A stretch of 64,000 nt of DNA, from NCBI RefSeq assembly GCF_947568905.1, contig NC_079165.1, forward strand, positions 85,560,001 through 85,624,000. Reading direction: 5' to 3'. The notes beneath the pieces were generated by a model. The model saw nothing but the letters and a program-made list of their open reading frames with translations. It was not told where the DNA came from and did not search any database. This DNA is from Ostrea edulis. Lineage: Eukaryota. Positions 63,898 to 64,000 of the stretch are shown here, one piece after another. Position 1 is the stretch's first letter. Each line of letters starts with the position of its first letter. Position numbers and translations under genes: made by a program.

Positions 63898-64000
63898 ATG
63901 ATGAAAATGTGAAAAGTTTACGACAACGACGACGACGACAAAGACGACGACGGACATCGGACAAATATCGATCAGAAAAGCTCACTTGAGCGTTAGGCTC
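63152..64000 (-). mobile_element. HINE/Pearl(CvA)-like element with about 166-bp satellite units (Cg170-like), running off the right edge
   Basis: Terminus AACAAGAGGCCCATGG...AGCTCACCTGAG; GATCCCCTATT units at 63325, 63481 and 63647 (156 and 166 bp); (GAC)n microsatellite near 63920-63955. Confidence 0.85.

Overview
AT-rich eukaryotic genomic DNA. The repeat families (Helentron/HINE-type elements carrying ~145-166-bp satellites, bivalve-type SINEs, Penelope remnants) point to a bivalve mollusc, most likely an oyster; this is an inference. Three spliced protein-coding genes were reconstructed by hand from splice sites and frame continuity. (1) The 5' end of DIP2 on the minus strand: 4 exons, 12602 down to 470, continuing off the left edge. 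(2) A complete 8-exon CNPPD1 (12792-27332, 511 aa), head-to-head with DIP2, with only 189 bp between the start codons. (3) A complete 28-exon secreted VWDE-like gene (33850-56749, about 1498 aa) with a D8C-like domain, a degenerate VWD domain, a Thr-rich stalk, a cadherin-like repeat and 11 EGF-like modules. Almost all ORFs in the supplied track are artefacts of satellites, antisense shadows or intron read-through. Introns and intergenic DNA are full of minisatellites and nested non-autonomous transposons, several with readable TIRs and TSDs. Most notable observations: the compact bidirectional promoter with stacked uORFs on DIP2; a VWD domain that has lost the GDPH and Ca-loop motifs; a probable GC-AG intron; a TSD-bounded SINE with a structured 5' end and no tRNA head; an AP-1/methyl-AP-1 satellite interrupted by a transposon with a 6-bp TSD; and a long-TIR foldback nested in a related MITE. 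No clearly new biological system could be demonstrated from sequence alone.
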